Shown here: in pieces, positions 19,952-28,031 of the stretch
Position numbering within the stretch: position 1 is the first letter of the stretch
Layout of the letters: each line of letters starts with the position of its first letter
Source: a virus
Lineage: Duplodnaviria > Caudoviricetes
Direction: 5' to 3' (one strand)
Length of the DNA: 33,435 nt
IMG/VR virus record: IMGVR_UViG_3300047400_000352
Coordinates: 1-33,435 of that record
Position numbers and translations under genes: made by a program
Notes under the pieces: generated by a model
What the model was told of the DNA's origin: nothing
Seen by the model: only the letters and a program-made list of their open reading frames with translations
Databases searched by the model: none

Positions 19952-22164
19952 TAAAACGCATAATTTTATTATGTTCATTTATGATTTCTTGTGTTTCGGC
20001 ACAAACACCACCAAGTGGTGTAATGGTTTCACCAAATTTGGTAAATCCAACTATGGGAACTTACACGACAATTACTGGTGTTACAAATATAACCGCTCCT
20101 CAAGGATATAGCGGAGGCTCAACTCCAGGTTATATTTCATCACAAAATAGTATTGCTTTTGGTTATGTGACAGGCACGGCTGCATACAAATATGCATTTA
20201 ATACCGCACTACAAAATTCAGGCATGAGTTTTTTGGGATATAATTATTCGTGGGACTATCTTAACCAAGATACAAGCCGAGGAACATTAAGCGCAAGTGT
20301 TATTTTTGATGGTGTAAATGGTTCAAATTTGTATACCAAAAATTGGACATTACCAAAGACAACAGATGGATGGACCACAGTTAAAGGAACAGAATCGTTT
20401 TCACCAGCAATGTTGTCATCAAGTGTTTCGTCCATTAGAATGACCTTTACTGGAAAGGACGATAGATATTGGGCGGGTTATTATGGACCTCAGGTTAAAA
20501 ATGCTTCATTAACTTTGAATTATACATTTGATTCTTGTTCAGTTAATCCATTAAGCAGTTCAAATTGTCCAGGATATGCTCAAGCATACCATGACCAGCA
20601 ATGTTCTGCGAATCCTTTATATGCCACCGATTGTCCTGGTTATGCACAGGCATATTTGTCTCAACAATGTTCATCAAATCCATTATACAGCACACAATGT
20701 CCAGGATATGCTCAAGCATATCATGACCAGCAATGCTCTGTTAATGCTTTATATGCAGTTGATTGCCCTGGTTACCAACAAGCATACTTTAAACAACAAT
20801 GCACAGCAAATCCACTTTACAATATAGATTGTCCTGGTTATCAACAAGCGTATTTCAATCAACAATGTTCTGCTAACCCATTATACAATAGTCAATGTCC
20901 TGGTTACGCACAAGCCTATTATAAACAACAATGTTCAGTCAATCCATTATATGATTCTGGATGTCCAGGATATGCTAAAGCATACCATGACCAGCAATGC
21001 AGTATCAACACTCTTTATATGTCAGACTGTCCAGGATATGCACAGGCCTACTATAATCAGCAATGTAGTATTAATGCTTTATATGATAGAGGTTGTCCTG
21101 GTTATGCAGCTGCTTATCATAATCAACAATGCAGCATCAATCCTTTATACATGACAGATTGTTCTGGTTATCAACAAGCATACTACAAACAACAATGTTC
21201 GGCCAATCCATTATACGATAGAGGTTGTCCGGGTTATGCTCAAGCGTATTACAACCAACAATGTTCGGTCAATCCTTTATACGACAAAGGATGTCCTGGT
21301 TACGCTCAAGCGTATTACAACCAACAATGTACAGCAAATGCGTTATATGATTCTGGATGTCCTGGATATGCACAGGCATATTTTACTCAACAATGTAATG
21401 CAAACGGTTTATACAGTAACCAATGTCCAAACTATTCAACTGCATATGCAAAACAACAATTGCTGCAACAACAAAATATAACCACATCCAGTACAACTAC
21501 AACAACATCTACGACTACTGCAACAACCACAACATCAAATACCACAACCACATCTTCTACTGGAACAGTTCAACTGGTGGCCGATACAAATGTAAATAAT
21601 GCGATAACTCCACCAGCAACAACTTCAGCCACATCCGCAACGTCTGTCTCTCCTGCTTCACCGGTTTCTGTTGTGAATACACAACCTGTGGCAACACAAA
21701 CTGTTACACAACAAGCAACAAGCCAGTCTGCACCACCTCCTACTCAAGTTGCTGCACAACAAGAACAGAAGCAAGAACAAGCCAAGACCGAACAAAAAGT
21801 TGCTGATACTGTTGAAAAGAAAATGGAACCATCTAGTGGTTCTGGTGGTGGATCAGGCGGTAATAAATCCGATATGAAGGCCGCAGTTGCAAAGGTTCAA
21901 AAAGAAATTGCAAAAGAGGCACAAGGAGCCAAAACAATTGAATCACAAGTTGCTACACAAGGTTTGGTTGTTGGTGTAATGAATTATGTGCCAGGTTTTG
22001 ATGCATACAAAAATGCAATCGTACCTGATGTAAACGCTTTACTTATGGCCAGACAATATGAAAAACCTACAGTTGATAATCAAAGAATTCAGCGTAGATT
22101 GAGTGGTGCGAATGAAACGAAATGGCAAGAAATGGTAGATTCACAATACAAAATAGGAAATTAA
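19948..22164 (+). CDS. Secreted Cys-rich repeat protein
   Basis: Signal peptide, beta-rich N-domain, 14 x 22-aa CxxNPLYxxxCPGY repeats, Thr/Ser/Gln linker, helical C-terminus. Confidence 0.85.
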   Translation: MIKRIILLCSFMISCVSAQTPPSGVMVSPNLVNPTMGTYTTITGVTNITAPQGYSGGSTPGYISSQNSIAFGYVTGTAAYKYAFNTALQNSGMSFLGYNYSWDYLNQDTSRGTLSASVIFDGVNGSNLYTKNWTLPKTTDGWTTVKGTESFSPAMLSSSVSSIRMTFTGKDDRYWAGYYGPQVKNASLTLNYTFDSCSVNPLSSSNCPGYAQAYHDQQCSANPLYATDCPGYAQAYLSQQCSSNPLYSTQCPGYAQAYHDQQCSVNALYAVDCPGYQQAYFKQQCTANPLYNIDCPGYQQAYFNQQCSANPLYNSQCPGYAQAYYKQQCSVNPLYDSGCPGYAKAYHDQQCSINTLYMSDCPGYAQAYYNQQCSINALYDRGCPGYAAAYHNQQCSINPLYMTDCSGYQQAYYKQQCSANPLYDRGCPGYAQAYYNQQCSVNPLYDKGCPGYAQAYYNQQCTANALYDSGCPGYAQAYFTQQCNANGLYSNQCPNYSTAYAKQQLLQQQNITTSSTTTTTSTTTATTTTSNTTTTSSTGTVQLVADTNVNNAITPPATTSATSATSVSPASPVSVVNTQPVATQTVTQQATSQSAPPPTQVAAQQEQKQEQAKTEQKVADTVEKKMEPSSGSGGGSGGNKSDMKAAVAKVQKEIAKEAQGAKTIESQVATQGLVVGVMNYVPGFDAYKNAIVPDVNALLMARQYEKPTVDNQRIQRRLSGANETKWQEMVDSQYKIGN
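20530..21453 (+). repeat. 14 in-frame tandem 66-bp repeats
   Basis: Unit encodes QQCSxNPLYxxxCPGYAQAYxx; counted from the translation. Confidence 0.95.
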
Positions 22165-22165
22165 A

Positions 22166-22729
22166 ATGTCAGAAGAAATTAAAGACGTAAACAAAAAGAT
22201 TGACGAAGCAGAAGCTGCTGTTAAAAAGTATGCTTCTAAGGATACTGTTATCAGTATCGGTGGTTATGAATTCACGCCAGCCAAACTGATGGTTGCATTT
22301 ACACTTATCTCATCAACATTGGGTGGACTGTATGGTGCATTTGAAGTCTATAAAGACTATCAAGGCATGAAGAAAAAGATTGCCGAATATGTTGCACCAG
22401 ATTTATCTGAGTTTGACAAAAGATTGGCTGTTATTGAACAGAATAGTGCCAAAACAGCAGATTACACCCGTGATATCAAGACAGACCTAAAAAATGATAT
22501 TCGTAGAAACGAAGGTGTAACTGAACAGGTTGAACGTTATGTTAAGCAAGCCAACCGTGAAACAGACCAAGATATGAAATCTGTTCGTAAAGATGTAGTT
22601 GAAAGATTAGATAAAGTCCGTGATGAAATGGACAAAATGAAACGTGATACTGAAGCTAAACTAGAAAAAATGAATCGTGATGTTGATAATAAAATTCAAA
22701 AGGCAATTGACAATCCACTTGCAAAATAA
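22166..22729 (+). CDS. Single-pass membrane protein with a long coiled coil
   Basis: Hydrophobic LMVAFTLISSTLGGLYGAF followed by a charged heptad-like region. Confidence 0.8.
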   Translation: MSEEIKDVNKKIDEAEAAVKKYASKDTVISIGGYEFTPAKLMVAFTLISSTLGGLYGAFEVYKDYQGMKKKIAEYVAPDLSEFDKRLAVIEQNSAKTADYTRDIKTDLKNDIRRNEGVTEQVERYVKQANRETDQDMKSVRKDVVERLDKVRDEMDKMKRDTEAKLEKMNRDVDNKIQKAIDNPLAK

Positions 22730-22911
22730 TGTTGGACATTCTATTGTTCACAATATTGGCCGCACAAGACCCAAAGGAACCAGTTATTCTTGAATGTGTC
22801 CGATGGGTCTGGTCAGGTGATGTTTACAATAGAAAAGTTATTTGTCTAGAATGGAAAATTAAAGATTGTTCAAATAGACTATACCCACAAATCTGTAAAT
22901 CTGGAACTTAA
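22729..22911 (+). CDS. Small hypothetical protein with hydrophobic N-terminus and 4 Cys
   Basis: TAATG stop/start coupling with the previous gene; CVRWVWSGDVYNRKVICLEW. Confidence 0.65.
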   Translation: MLDILLFTILAAQDPKEPVILECVRWVWSGDVYNRKVICLEWKIKDCSNRLYPQICKSGT

Positions 22912-22913
22912 AA

Positions 22914-23396
22914 ATGGATCCAATTACAATTGGTTTAGCTTTTACAGCAGCGCAACAGGCTGTAAGTGGTATAAAACAAGCAATGGCTTTAGGAAAAGAT
23001 GTAAAAAATCTTTATGGACAATTTGCAAATTTTTTTGAGAATGGCGATAAGATCCATATTGCTCATAACAAAATCAAAGCTGGAATATCAGAACTGACGG
23101 ATGGTCAAATAAGATCACTAAGTTTACAGATAGCACTACAGAGTAAAGCTTTAAGAGAAGCCGAAATCGAATTAAGAGATATGCTTATTTGGAGTGGTAA
23201 TAAAGATGTTTGGGATGAAATGCAACGTGAAAGATTAAGAATGATTAAAGAACGAAATGAGAGAGAAGCAGCATTAAAAAAAGCAAAAGCGGAAGGTCAC
23301 GTTGCAATTTTAGATAAAGCTTTGATGTTTATTGTTTTCTCCATTCTTTTATCTTTTATCTATGGTATAGGCATGTATATGTTGACAAAACGTTAA
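22914..23396 (+). CDS. Hypothetical membrane protein (C-terminal TM helix)
   Basis: MDPITIGLA N-terminus, coiled region, C-terminal hydrophobic stretch. Confidence 0.75.
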   Translation: MDPITIGLAFTAAQQAVSGIKQAMALGKDVKNLYGQFANFFENGDKIHIAHNKIKAGISELTDGQIRSLSLQIALQSKALREAEIELRDMLIWSGNKDVWDEMQRERLRMIKERNEREAALKKAKAEGHVAILDKALMFIVFSILLSFIYGIGMYMLTKR

Positions 23397-23830
23397 TCAT
23401 ACTTGTAGTTTACCGAATCTTCATTTTCACGATAAGTTGATGCACCGTTTTTTAGATGAAATTTGCGAGCCATTTCGGTCTTTGGACTATAAGTAACAAA
23501 TTCGGTAATCTCAGGATTGTTGTCCTCAATCCACTTTCTTGTTTCTAAAATCATATCACGGCCTGCGCCAGCCATATAACTCCAGATAGTATAGAAAACC
23601 GCAACTGTTGGATGCTTAGGTTCGTCCATCAATTCATCCATGTTTGATGGAACCTGATCTTGATATTTTACACAGACCATTGCTGAAACTCTATCTTCAT
23701 CCTGTAATGCAAACACGGTCGAATTTGCACTCACTCTCACATCATGAGGAATGTCAGGACGAACAGGATCATCTTTCAGATATTGTGCTAGAGGATGATC
23801 CAGAGATTTGATAGTTACAAGCTTTTTCAT
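23393..23830 (-). CDS. Hypothetical protein, GNAT-like fold possible
   Basis: Probable start MKKLVTIK at 23830. AVFYTIWSYMAGAGR and ARKFHLKNGA resemble GNAT motifs A/B. Confidence 0.65.
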   Translation of the reverse strand: MKKLVTIKSLDHPLAQYLKDDPVRPDIPHDVRVSANSTVFALQDEDRVSAMVCVKYQDQVPSNMDELMDEPKHPTVAVFYTIWSYMAGAGRDMILETRKWIEDNNPEITEFVTYSPKTEMARKFHLKNGASTYRENEDSVNYKYD

Positions 23831-23860
23831 AACAATATATATCCGGATCAATCACTTTTT

Positions 23861-24031
23861 TTAATTGTTTTTTGACTTTTTTTCGATTTCAGCAAACGCT
23901 TCGTCCTCAGCTTTTGCATCATCTATTTCTTTTGGTGTGGGTTTATTAAAAATTCTATCCCAATTATTTGAAAAAGTTTTTTGGTCTACACTATATGGTC
24001 TTGGACTTGACCCTTTTCCACCATCAGACAT
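23861..24031 (-). CDS. Small hypothetical protein (56 aa)
   Basis: Read manually: MSDGGKGSSPRPYSVDQKTFSNNWDRIF...EIEKKSKNN*; GGAG RBS upstream. Confidence 0.7.
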   Translation of the reverse strand: MSDGGKGSSPRPYSVDQKTFSNNWDRIFNKPTPKEIDDAKAEDEAFAEIEKKSKNN

Positions 24032-24032
24032 A

Positions 24033-24281
24033 TTAATCTCCGTAAATCATAATAATATTATCTACAGTAATAACAAAATCTTCACCACATTTAACTGCTT
24101 TATTCCAGTCCAATAGAACAGTATCACCAACAAAAACTTCATCAACCTCAGGACCAGTTGCAATCACTTTTGCGAGATCGGGTTCTTCGGATCTATTTAA
24201 AATAATTCCACCGGAGCTCATTCCTTGATTTTCAATTCTTTGAACAACAACTTTATTATGCAATGGCAATAACATATTCAC
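24033..24281 (-). CDS. groES: GroES/Cpn10-like co-chaperonin
   Basis: LLPLHNKVVV, SSGGIIL mobile loop, VIATGP, VGDTVL. Confidence 0.85.
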   Translation of the reverse strand: MNMLLPLHNKVVVQRIENQGMSSGGIILNRSEEPDLAKVIATGPEVDEVFVGDTVLLDWNKAVKCGEDFVITVDNIIMIYGD

Positions 24282-24290
24282 CTTTCAAAT

Positions 24291-24365
24291 TGGTTGCAGG
24301 GGACGGATTCGCACCGCCGTTCTTCAGGGTATGAGCCTGATGAGTTACTACTTCTCCACCCTGCG
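24291..24365 (-). tRNA. tRNA-Met(CAU), initiator-like
   Basis: C1:A72 mismatch, TCAGG-CT-CAT-AC-CCTGA, encoded CCA; variant T loop TGCGAAT. Confidence 0.85.
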
Positions 24366-24370
24366 TCTAA

Positions 24371-25549
24371 TTAAATTATATATCCAAAAACTTCTTGAAA
24401 ATTTTCATTTCTGGATACATCCAAATCTTTTGTCATATTAACAAAACTTGTGCTATCTATTGTATCACCTTCACGTAAATTTGTCAATATGTTTTTCAAC
24501 TGATTTTTAACTTGGTAAAAACAATTATCTTCCAGTTCCGACAAAGAAATTTCTATCTCTTGTATGGCTTTATTTCTTAAATCTCCAAACAAATTCATAT
24601 AGTTTAATGGTCTAGGATTTAAAACAACGTGTGCATTAAAAACAGCATCATTTTTAAGTTTTAAAATTTCATTATAAAAACTAGACAACTTTGAAAAATC
24701 TAATAGTGTGTAAGCGGATATTGTTGATTGTATCTGTATTTGAAATGGAAGTTTACAAAACTTCATCACATTTTCATAGACAACATTCCATTTTGTTCCG
24801 TGTCTTTGATATTCAGCAACTTTACCAACAGCATCAACACTCAAACACAATTTAACATTCTTGAATTGTAGTAACATATCGATGAATTTTGGATTGTATA
24901 CACTACAATTCGTATAGATTATTAGAGATATCTCCTTGCTTCTACCTGTATCTATTATATGTTGCAACAGATCATAATATTCTTTCATTAATAATGGTTC
25001 ACCACCAGTAAGAAATAATTTTTTTAGATTTTTAGTTATTTCTAAAACTTCTTTCCAGTTTTTTTCTGGCATATCAGAATCAAAATTTCCTGAATAAAAC
25101 CATTTCGATAGATGTGATTTGTTTTCTATTTCTCTTTTTATTTCTATACTATTTTGACCATTACACATCCTACAACTGAAATTACATAAATTGCTTGATC
25201 GTAATTCAATATGTTCAACAGGAAGTTCTGTATCTAAGGAGAACTTAGTTGAATCTGTATATTCTGGATTATTTTTAATGTAATGTTGTCTGATGCTTTG
25301 GAGACCTTGACTTTCTGATCTCCAACAAGTCGAACAAATTGAAGGCTGTTTTCCTTCTAAGAATTGTTGTTTTATTTCTTTTAAGTGTTGGCTGCTTCTA
25401 AACTCTAAAGGAGAAACTTTTAATTTTCCGGTATCAACACAACATATGCCGGTTGAATCGCCGTGAGCAAATAGGCTCATCCAAGGTGCAGGACAAAAAT
25501 TTGAGTTCAATTTATTAACAATATTTGGAGCGGTATTATTGATTCTCAC
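24371..25549 (-). CDS. Radical SAM protein with N-terminal twitch/SPASM-like Cys motif
   Basis: CNFSCRMC (CxxxCxxC), LTGGEPL, FCPAPW...CC...CSTC. Start uncertain: GTG at 25549 or TTG at 25510. Confidence 0.85.
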   Translation of the reverse strand: MRINNTAPNIVNKLNSNFCPAPWMSLFAHGDSTGICCVDTGKLKVSPLEFRSSQHLKEIKQQFLEGKQPSICSTCWRSESQGLQSIRQHYIKNNPEYTDSTKFSLDTELPVEHIELRSSNLCNFSCRMCNGQNSIEIKREIENKSHLSKWFYSGNFDSDMPEKNWKEVLEITKNLKKLFLTGGEPLLMKEYYDLLQHIIDTGRSKEISLIIYTNCSVYNPKFIDMLLQFKNVKLCLSVDAVGKVAEYQRHGTKWNVVYENVMKFCKLPFQIQIQSTISAYTLLDFSKLSSFYNEILKLKNDAVFNAHVVLNPRPLNYMNLFGDLRNKAIQEIEISLSELEDNCFYQVKNQLKNILTNLREGDTIDSTSFVNMTKDLDVSRNENFQEVFGYII

Positions 25550-25592
25550 AACACTCCTAAGATGGACTCCCAGGCAGTTAATACCATACCGC
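25526..25592 (-). ncRNA. Degenerate/non-canonical tRNA-Gly(UCC)-like RNA
   Basis: Perfect acceptor GCGGTAT/ATACCGC plus T-CCA; CTGGG-AG-TCC-AT-CTTAG; T-arm TGTTG-TGAGAAT-CAATA; reduced D region. Confidence 0.6.
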
Positions 25593-25599
25593 ATAAAAC

Positions 25600-25672
25600 T
25601 GGAGCGGGTAACCGGATTCGAACCGATTCTGTTAGCTTGGAAGGCTAAATTCTCTCCCAGGAGAATACCCGC
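25600..25672 (-). tRNA. tRNA-Gly(UCC) with atypical D arm
   Basis: GCGGGTA/TACCCGC, TTAGC-CT-TCC-AA-GCTAA, GGTTCGAATCC, TCCA end. Confidence 0.9.
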
Positions 25673-25675
25673 ATA

Positions 25676-25770
25676 TCATTTTAAAACACATTCAAGCATC
25701 ATAGTGAATACCAATTGGACCAGAACTTACGATGCCACAATCTGATCTTGTCGAATGTGTTTTAAAATGA
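25676..25770 (-). ncRNA. Structured intergenic element closed by an 18-bp perfect inverted repeat
   Basis: TCATTTTAAAACACATTC (25676-25693) pairs with GAATGTGTTTTAAAATGA (25753-25770); inner stem GCATCGTA/TATGATGC. Confidence 0.55.
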
Positions 25771-25790
25771 CGCCTAATATATAGGCGTCA
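25768..25790. other. Hairpin immediately after the TROVE-like gene
   Basis: TGACGCCTA-ATATA-TAGGCGTCA, followed by TTTT on the minus strand; terminator or processing stem. Confidence 0.6.
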
Positions 25791-25796
25791 ATACCA

Positions 25797-27224
25797 TCAC
25801 AATACTTTGTAACGGTCATCCATGATGACTTTCATCATCATAGATTCTGGTGTGAAGGTTTCTAGATCACCAGACAAAAGTGGTTTCACAATTGCTGGAG
25901 AGAATCCAGATACAAGAGCGGTACCACTCTTGTCAAACTTCACAGGTGCGTTGCCATAAGAGGCATTCAGGTTCCAGAAAACTACCTTAGGTAGTTCGTA
26001 ACCTGCTTCACGATATTTACGGCCAATCATTTCAATGGCAGAATCATCGTGACTTACGCATTGGTCAAACTGCATGTCTGACAGAATCAATACCATGTCT
26101 GGCATTTCTTCTTGTGGAACACCACCTTTTACTGCAACATCAAGAATTTTCTTGAACGCTGCATTGATGTTGGTGTTCATCATCCATTTAGATTTAATCA
26201 TTTGGTCAATCTTCTGATTGATATTACCTTGTAGGTGCAACAGTTCTGGAGAACCAGAGAAGGTCAGGAACGTGTCCTTAAACTTACCCTTGTTCTTATC
26301 TGCAAGGTATAGACCAAGAGATACTGAAACATCCAAACAAGTCAATTGGCTCTTAGAACCATAACCGCCCGCAGAACAAGTCATAGAACCAGATACATCT
26401 ACCAAAGGTAGAATGTTTGCATCACCAACATAGTTAGGCAATGCATTCCATTGTGCTTCAATCAAGTCCAATTCGGTCTTGTCAAACTTCACATAGCCGT
26501 TTACACGACCTTTCAGCACATCATATGGGTATGCCACAGATGCATTTACTTTCACTTCTGGGTTATCACCTTTTACAAGAGACTGCACATATTCCGCATA
26601 CTTTGGAGTATTACGGTTAAATGCTTTCTTGTAACGAGCAGCTGCCACAGAAGGAACATGACTAAAGTTAATGGTATCCCATTCTTTAGCACACATGTTT
26701 TGTTCAACAACCTTGGTCATTTCAACCAGAGATTTACGGTAGAATTTAGGTGACATTCCGAAGAACGCACGAATTTCTGCCGCAATAGGGCCTTTGCGAG
26801 GAGTCCATTTAGCAGCCAAACCATTTCGTTCACGCAATGCGTCACCGAGCATGGTATAAGCCAAAGACTTCATCACATCGGTTTGGAAAACAAAGATATC
26901 ATCCCAACGGCCAAGTTCAGGAACTTTTGCCAAGAGAGCCTTAGCGGCTTCAACATCAGTCTTTTCCAAATAACGGAGAATGTTACGGAACGATTCACGT
27001 TCGCCGGCACCACCACGGGCATCACGAGCCCATGCAGCAATACGCAAAGCCAACTCACGGTTTTCAACCAGAGCGGCCGTAAAAGCAGGCACAATGTCCT
27101 TACCACGGCTTGCGCCGATGTTGTAGAATAAATCTACAACCGCATTTGCGGTAGATTTGCGAGCCTTCATACCATTGGTGGTACGAGCTTCTTGATTAAC
27201 AACTGCATTTACAAAAGTGTTCAT
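25797..27224 (-). CDS. TROVE/Ro60-like protein with vWA domain (DUF2828-type)
   Basis: Helical N-region (RDARGGAGER, ELGRWDD, AAKWTPR, VPSVA), C-terminal MIDAS DVSGSM, TFS, ILSDMQFD, VFWNL, SGFS; AAGGAG RBS. Confidence 0.85.
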   Translation of the reverse strand: MNTFVNAVVNQEARTTNGMKARKSTANAVVDLFYNIGASRGKDIVPAFTAALVENRELALRIAAWARDARGGAGERESFRNILRYLEKTDVEAAKALLAKVPELGRWDDIFVFQTDVMKSLAYTMLGDALRERNGLAAKWTPRKGPIAAEIRAFFGMSPKFYRKSLVEMTKVVEQNMCAKEWDTINFSHVPSVAAARYKKAFNRNTPKYAEYVQSLVKGDNPEVKVNASVAYPYDVLKGRVNGYVKFDKTELDLIEAQWNALPNYVGDANILPLVDVSGSMTCSAGGYGSKSQLTCLDVSVSLGLYLADKNKGKFKDTFLTFSGSPELLHLQGNINQKIDQMIKSKWMMNTNINAAFKKILDVAVKGGVPQEEMPDMVLILSDMQFDQCVSHDDSAIEMIGRKYREAGYELPKVVFWNLNASYGNAPVKFDKSGTALVSGFSPAIVKPLLSGDLETFTPESMMMKVIMDDRYKVL

Positions 27225-27243
27225 AATTTTTCTCCTTCAAAAT

Positions 27244-27310
27244 AACAGGATAGTTTTTTGCGTTTTCAATTACAAGTTGAATGCTCTTTGATTGCTGAAC
27301 CTATCCTAAA
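27244..27310 (-). ncRNA. Y-like RNA copy 1 (insert: anticodon stem-loop, UGU)
   Basis: TTT-AGGATAG-GTTCAGCAA...TTCAA-CT-TGT-AA-TTGAA...AAAAAA-CTATCCT-GTT. Confidence 0.75.
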
Positions 27311-27314
27311 AACA

Positions 27315-27496
27315 AACTGGATGACCGGACGCCGTAATTTATTTTCTGGTTGCCTTGTTTATACGTCCACAACCCTATTCAAATGATCGTCACCGAAACC
27401 GATTCAATATTCTACTGACACTATCCTATATTCTACAGGCACTATCGCTTATTAGGCGCTTTCGTAGTTGATTTTATATTGCTGTAATCATCCAAA
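27315..27496 (-). ncRNA. Y-like RNA copy 2 (long unknown insert)
   Basis: TTT-TGGATGA-TTACAGCAA...TCATCCA-GTT. Confidence 0.7.
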
Positions 27497-27502
27497 AAAA
27501 AC

Positions 27503-27680
27503 AACAGGTAAGTTTCCTACTTTTTGATTACAGAGAGACAATCGAAACTCTCCTCGCTAATCCTATTTCAATAGAAACTTTCAACACACTCGGTCAAAGA
27601 CTCCGTGCTCCAGTTAACTACCATAGGATGGTTAGCAGACAGCGTTTTAAAGCTAGTTTGTTTGCTGAACCTTACCTAAA
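27503..27680 (-). ncRNA. Y-like RNA copy 3 (long multi-hairpin insert)
   Basis: TTT-AGGTAAG-GTTCAGCAA...GAAA-CTTACCT-GTT. Confidence 0.7.
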
Positions 27681-27710
27681 AACTTTCTCAATCATTCATA
27701 ACAAAAACAG

Positions 27711-27739
27711 ATTATATCACAAAAAATTTGTAGAGTCAA
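27711..27739 (-). promoter_or_regulatory. Sigma70 promoter for the ncRNA trio plus TROVE-like gene
   Basis: TTGACT (27739-27734), 17-nt spacer, extended -10 TG-A-TATAAT (TATAAT at 27716-27711). Confidence 0.85.
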
Positions 27740-27747
27740 GCGTTATC

Positions 27748-27822
27748 TGGTGCCCTGGGGGTGAATCGAACACCCGACCTCGGATTACAAAACCGATGTT
27801 TTACCACTAGAACTAACAGGGC
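27748..27822 (-). tRNA. tRNA-Thr(UGU)
   Basis: Cloverleaf with TT-TGT-AA loop and ACCA end. Confidence 0.9.
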
Positions 27823-27826
27823 AATT

Positions 27827-27901
27827 TGGAGCGGGATGCGAGGATCGAACTCGCAACTGAACCTTGGCAAGGTCCCGTGTTACCACTAGCACCAATCCCG
27901 C
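27827..27901 (-). tRNA. tRNA-Gly(GCC)
   Basis: GGACC-TT-GCC-AA-GGTTC, TCCA end. Confidence 0.93.
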
Positions 27902-27911
27902 AACAGAGTAT

Positions 27912-27940
27912 ATTATATATCCTTTTCAATCAAATGTCAA
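27912..27940 (-). promoter_or_regulatory. Sigma70 consensus promoter
   Basis: TTGACA (27940-27935), 17-nt spacer, TATAAT (27917-27912). Confidence 0.9.
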
Positions 27941-27948
27941 GCACCTTT

Positions 27949-28031
27949 TGGTGCGGGTGGACGGATTCGAACCGTCACGCTCTAGGCGGGAGATTTTAAG
28001 TCTCCTGTGTCTACCGTTCCACCACACCCGC
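27949..28031 (-). tRNA. tRNA-Leu(UAA)
   Basis: GGAGA-CT-TAA-AA-TCTCC with long variable arm, ACCA end. Confidence 0.93.

Noticed and set aside
20530-21453. 66-bp periodicity as a CRISPR array or DGR
   Set aside because: The repeats are in frame with synonymous variation inside a long ORF; there are no unique spacers and no reverse transcriptase.
27244-27680. CRISPR-like array from the recurring TTGCTGAACC/AACAGG motifs
   Set aside because: Units are irregular (67-182 nt), the arms covary as intramolecular stems rather than staying identical, two copies are dispersed, and no cas genes are present.
27315-27680. tmRNA, RNase P RNA or group I intron
   Set aside because: Each unit is too short and lacks the tRNA-Ala-like ends, tag frame or core motifs.
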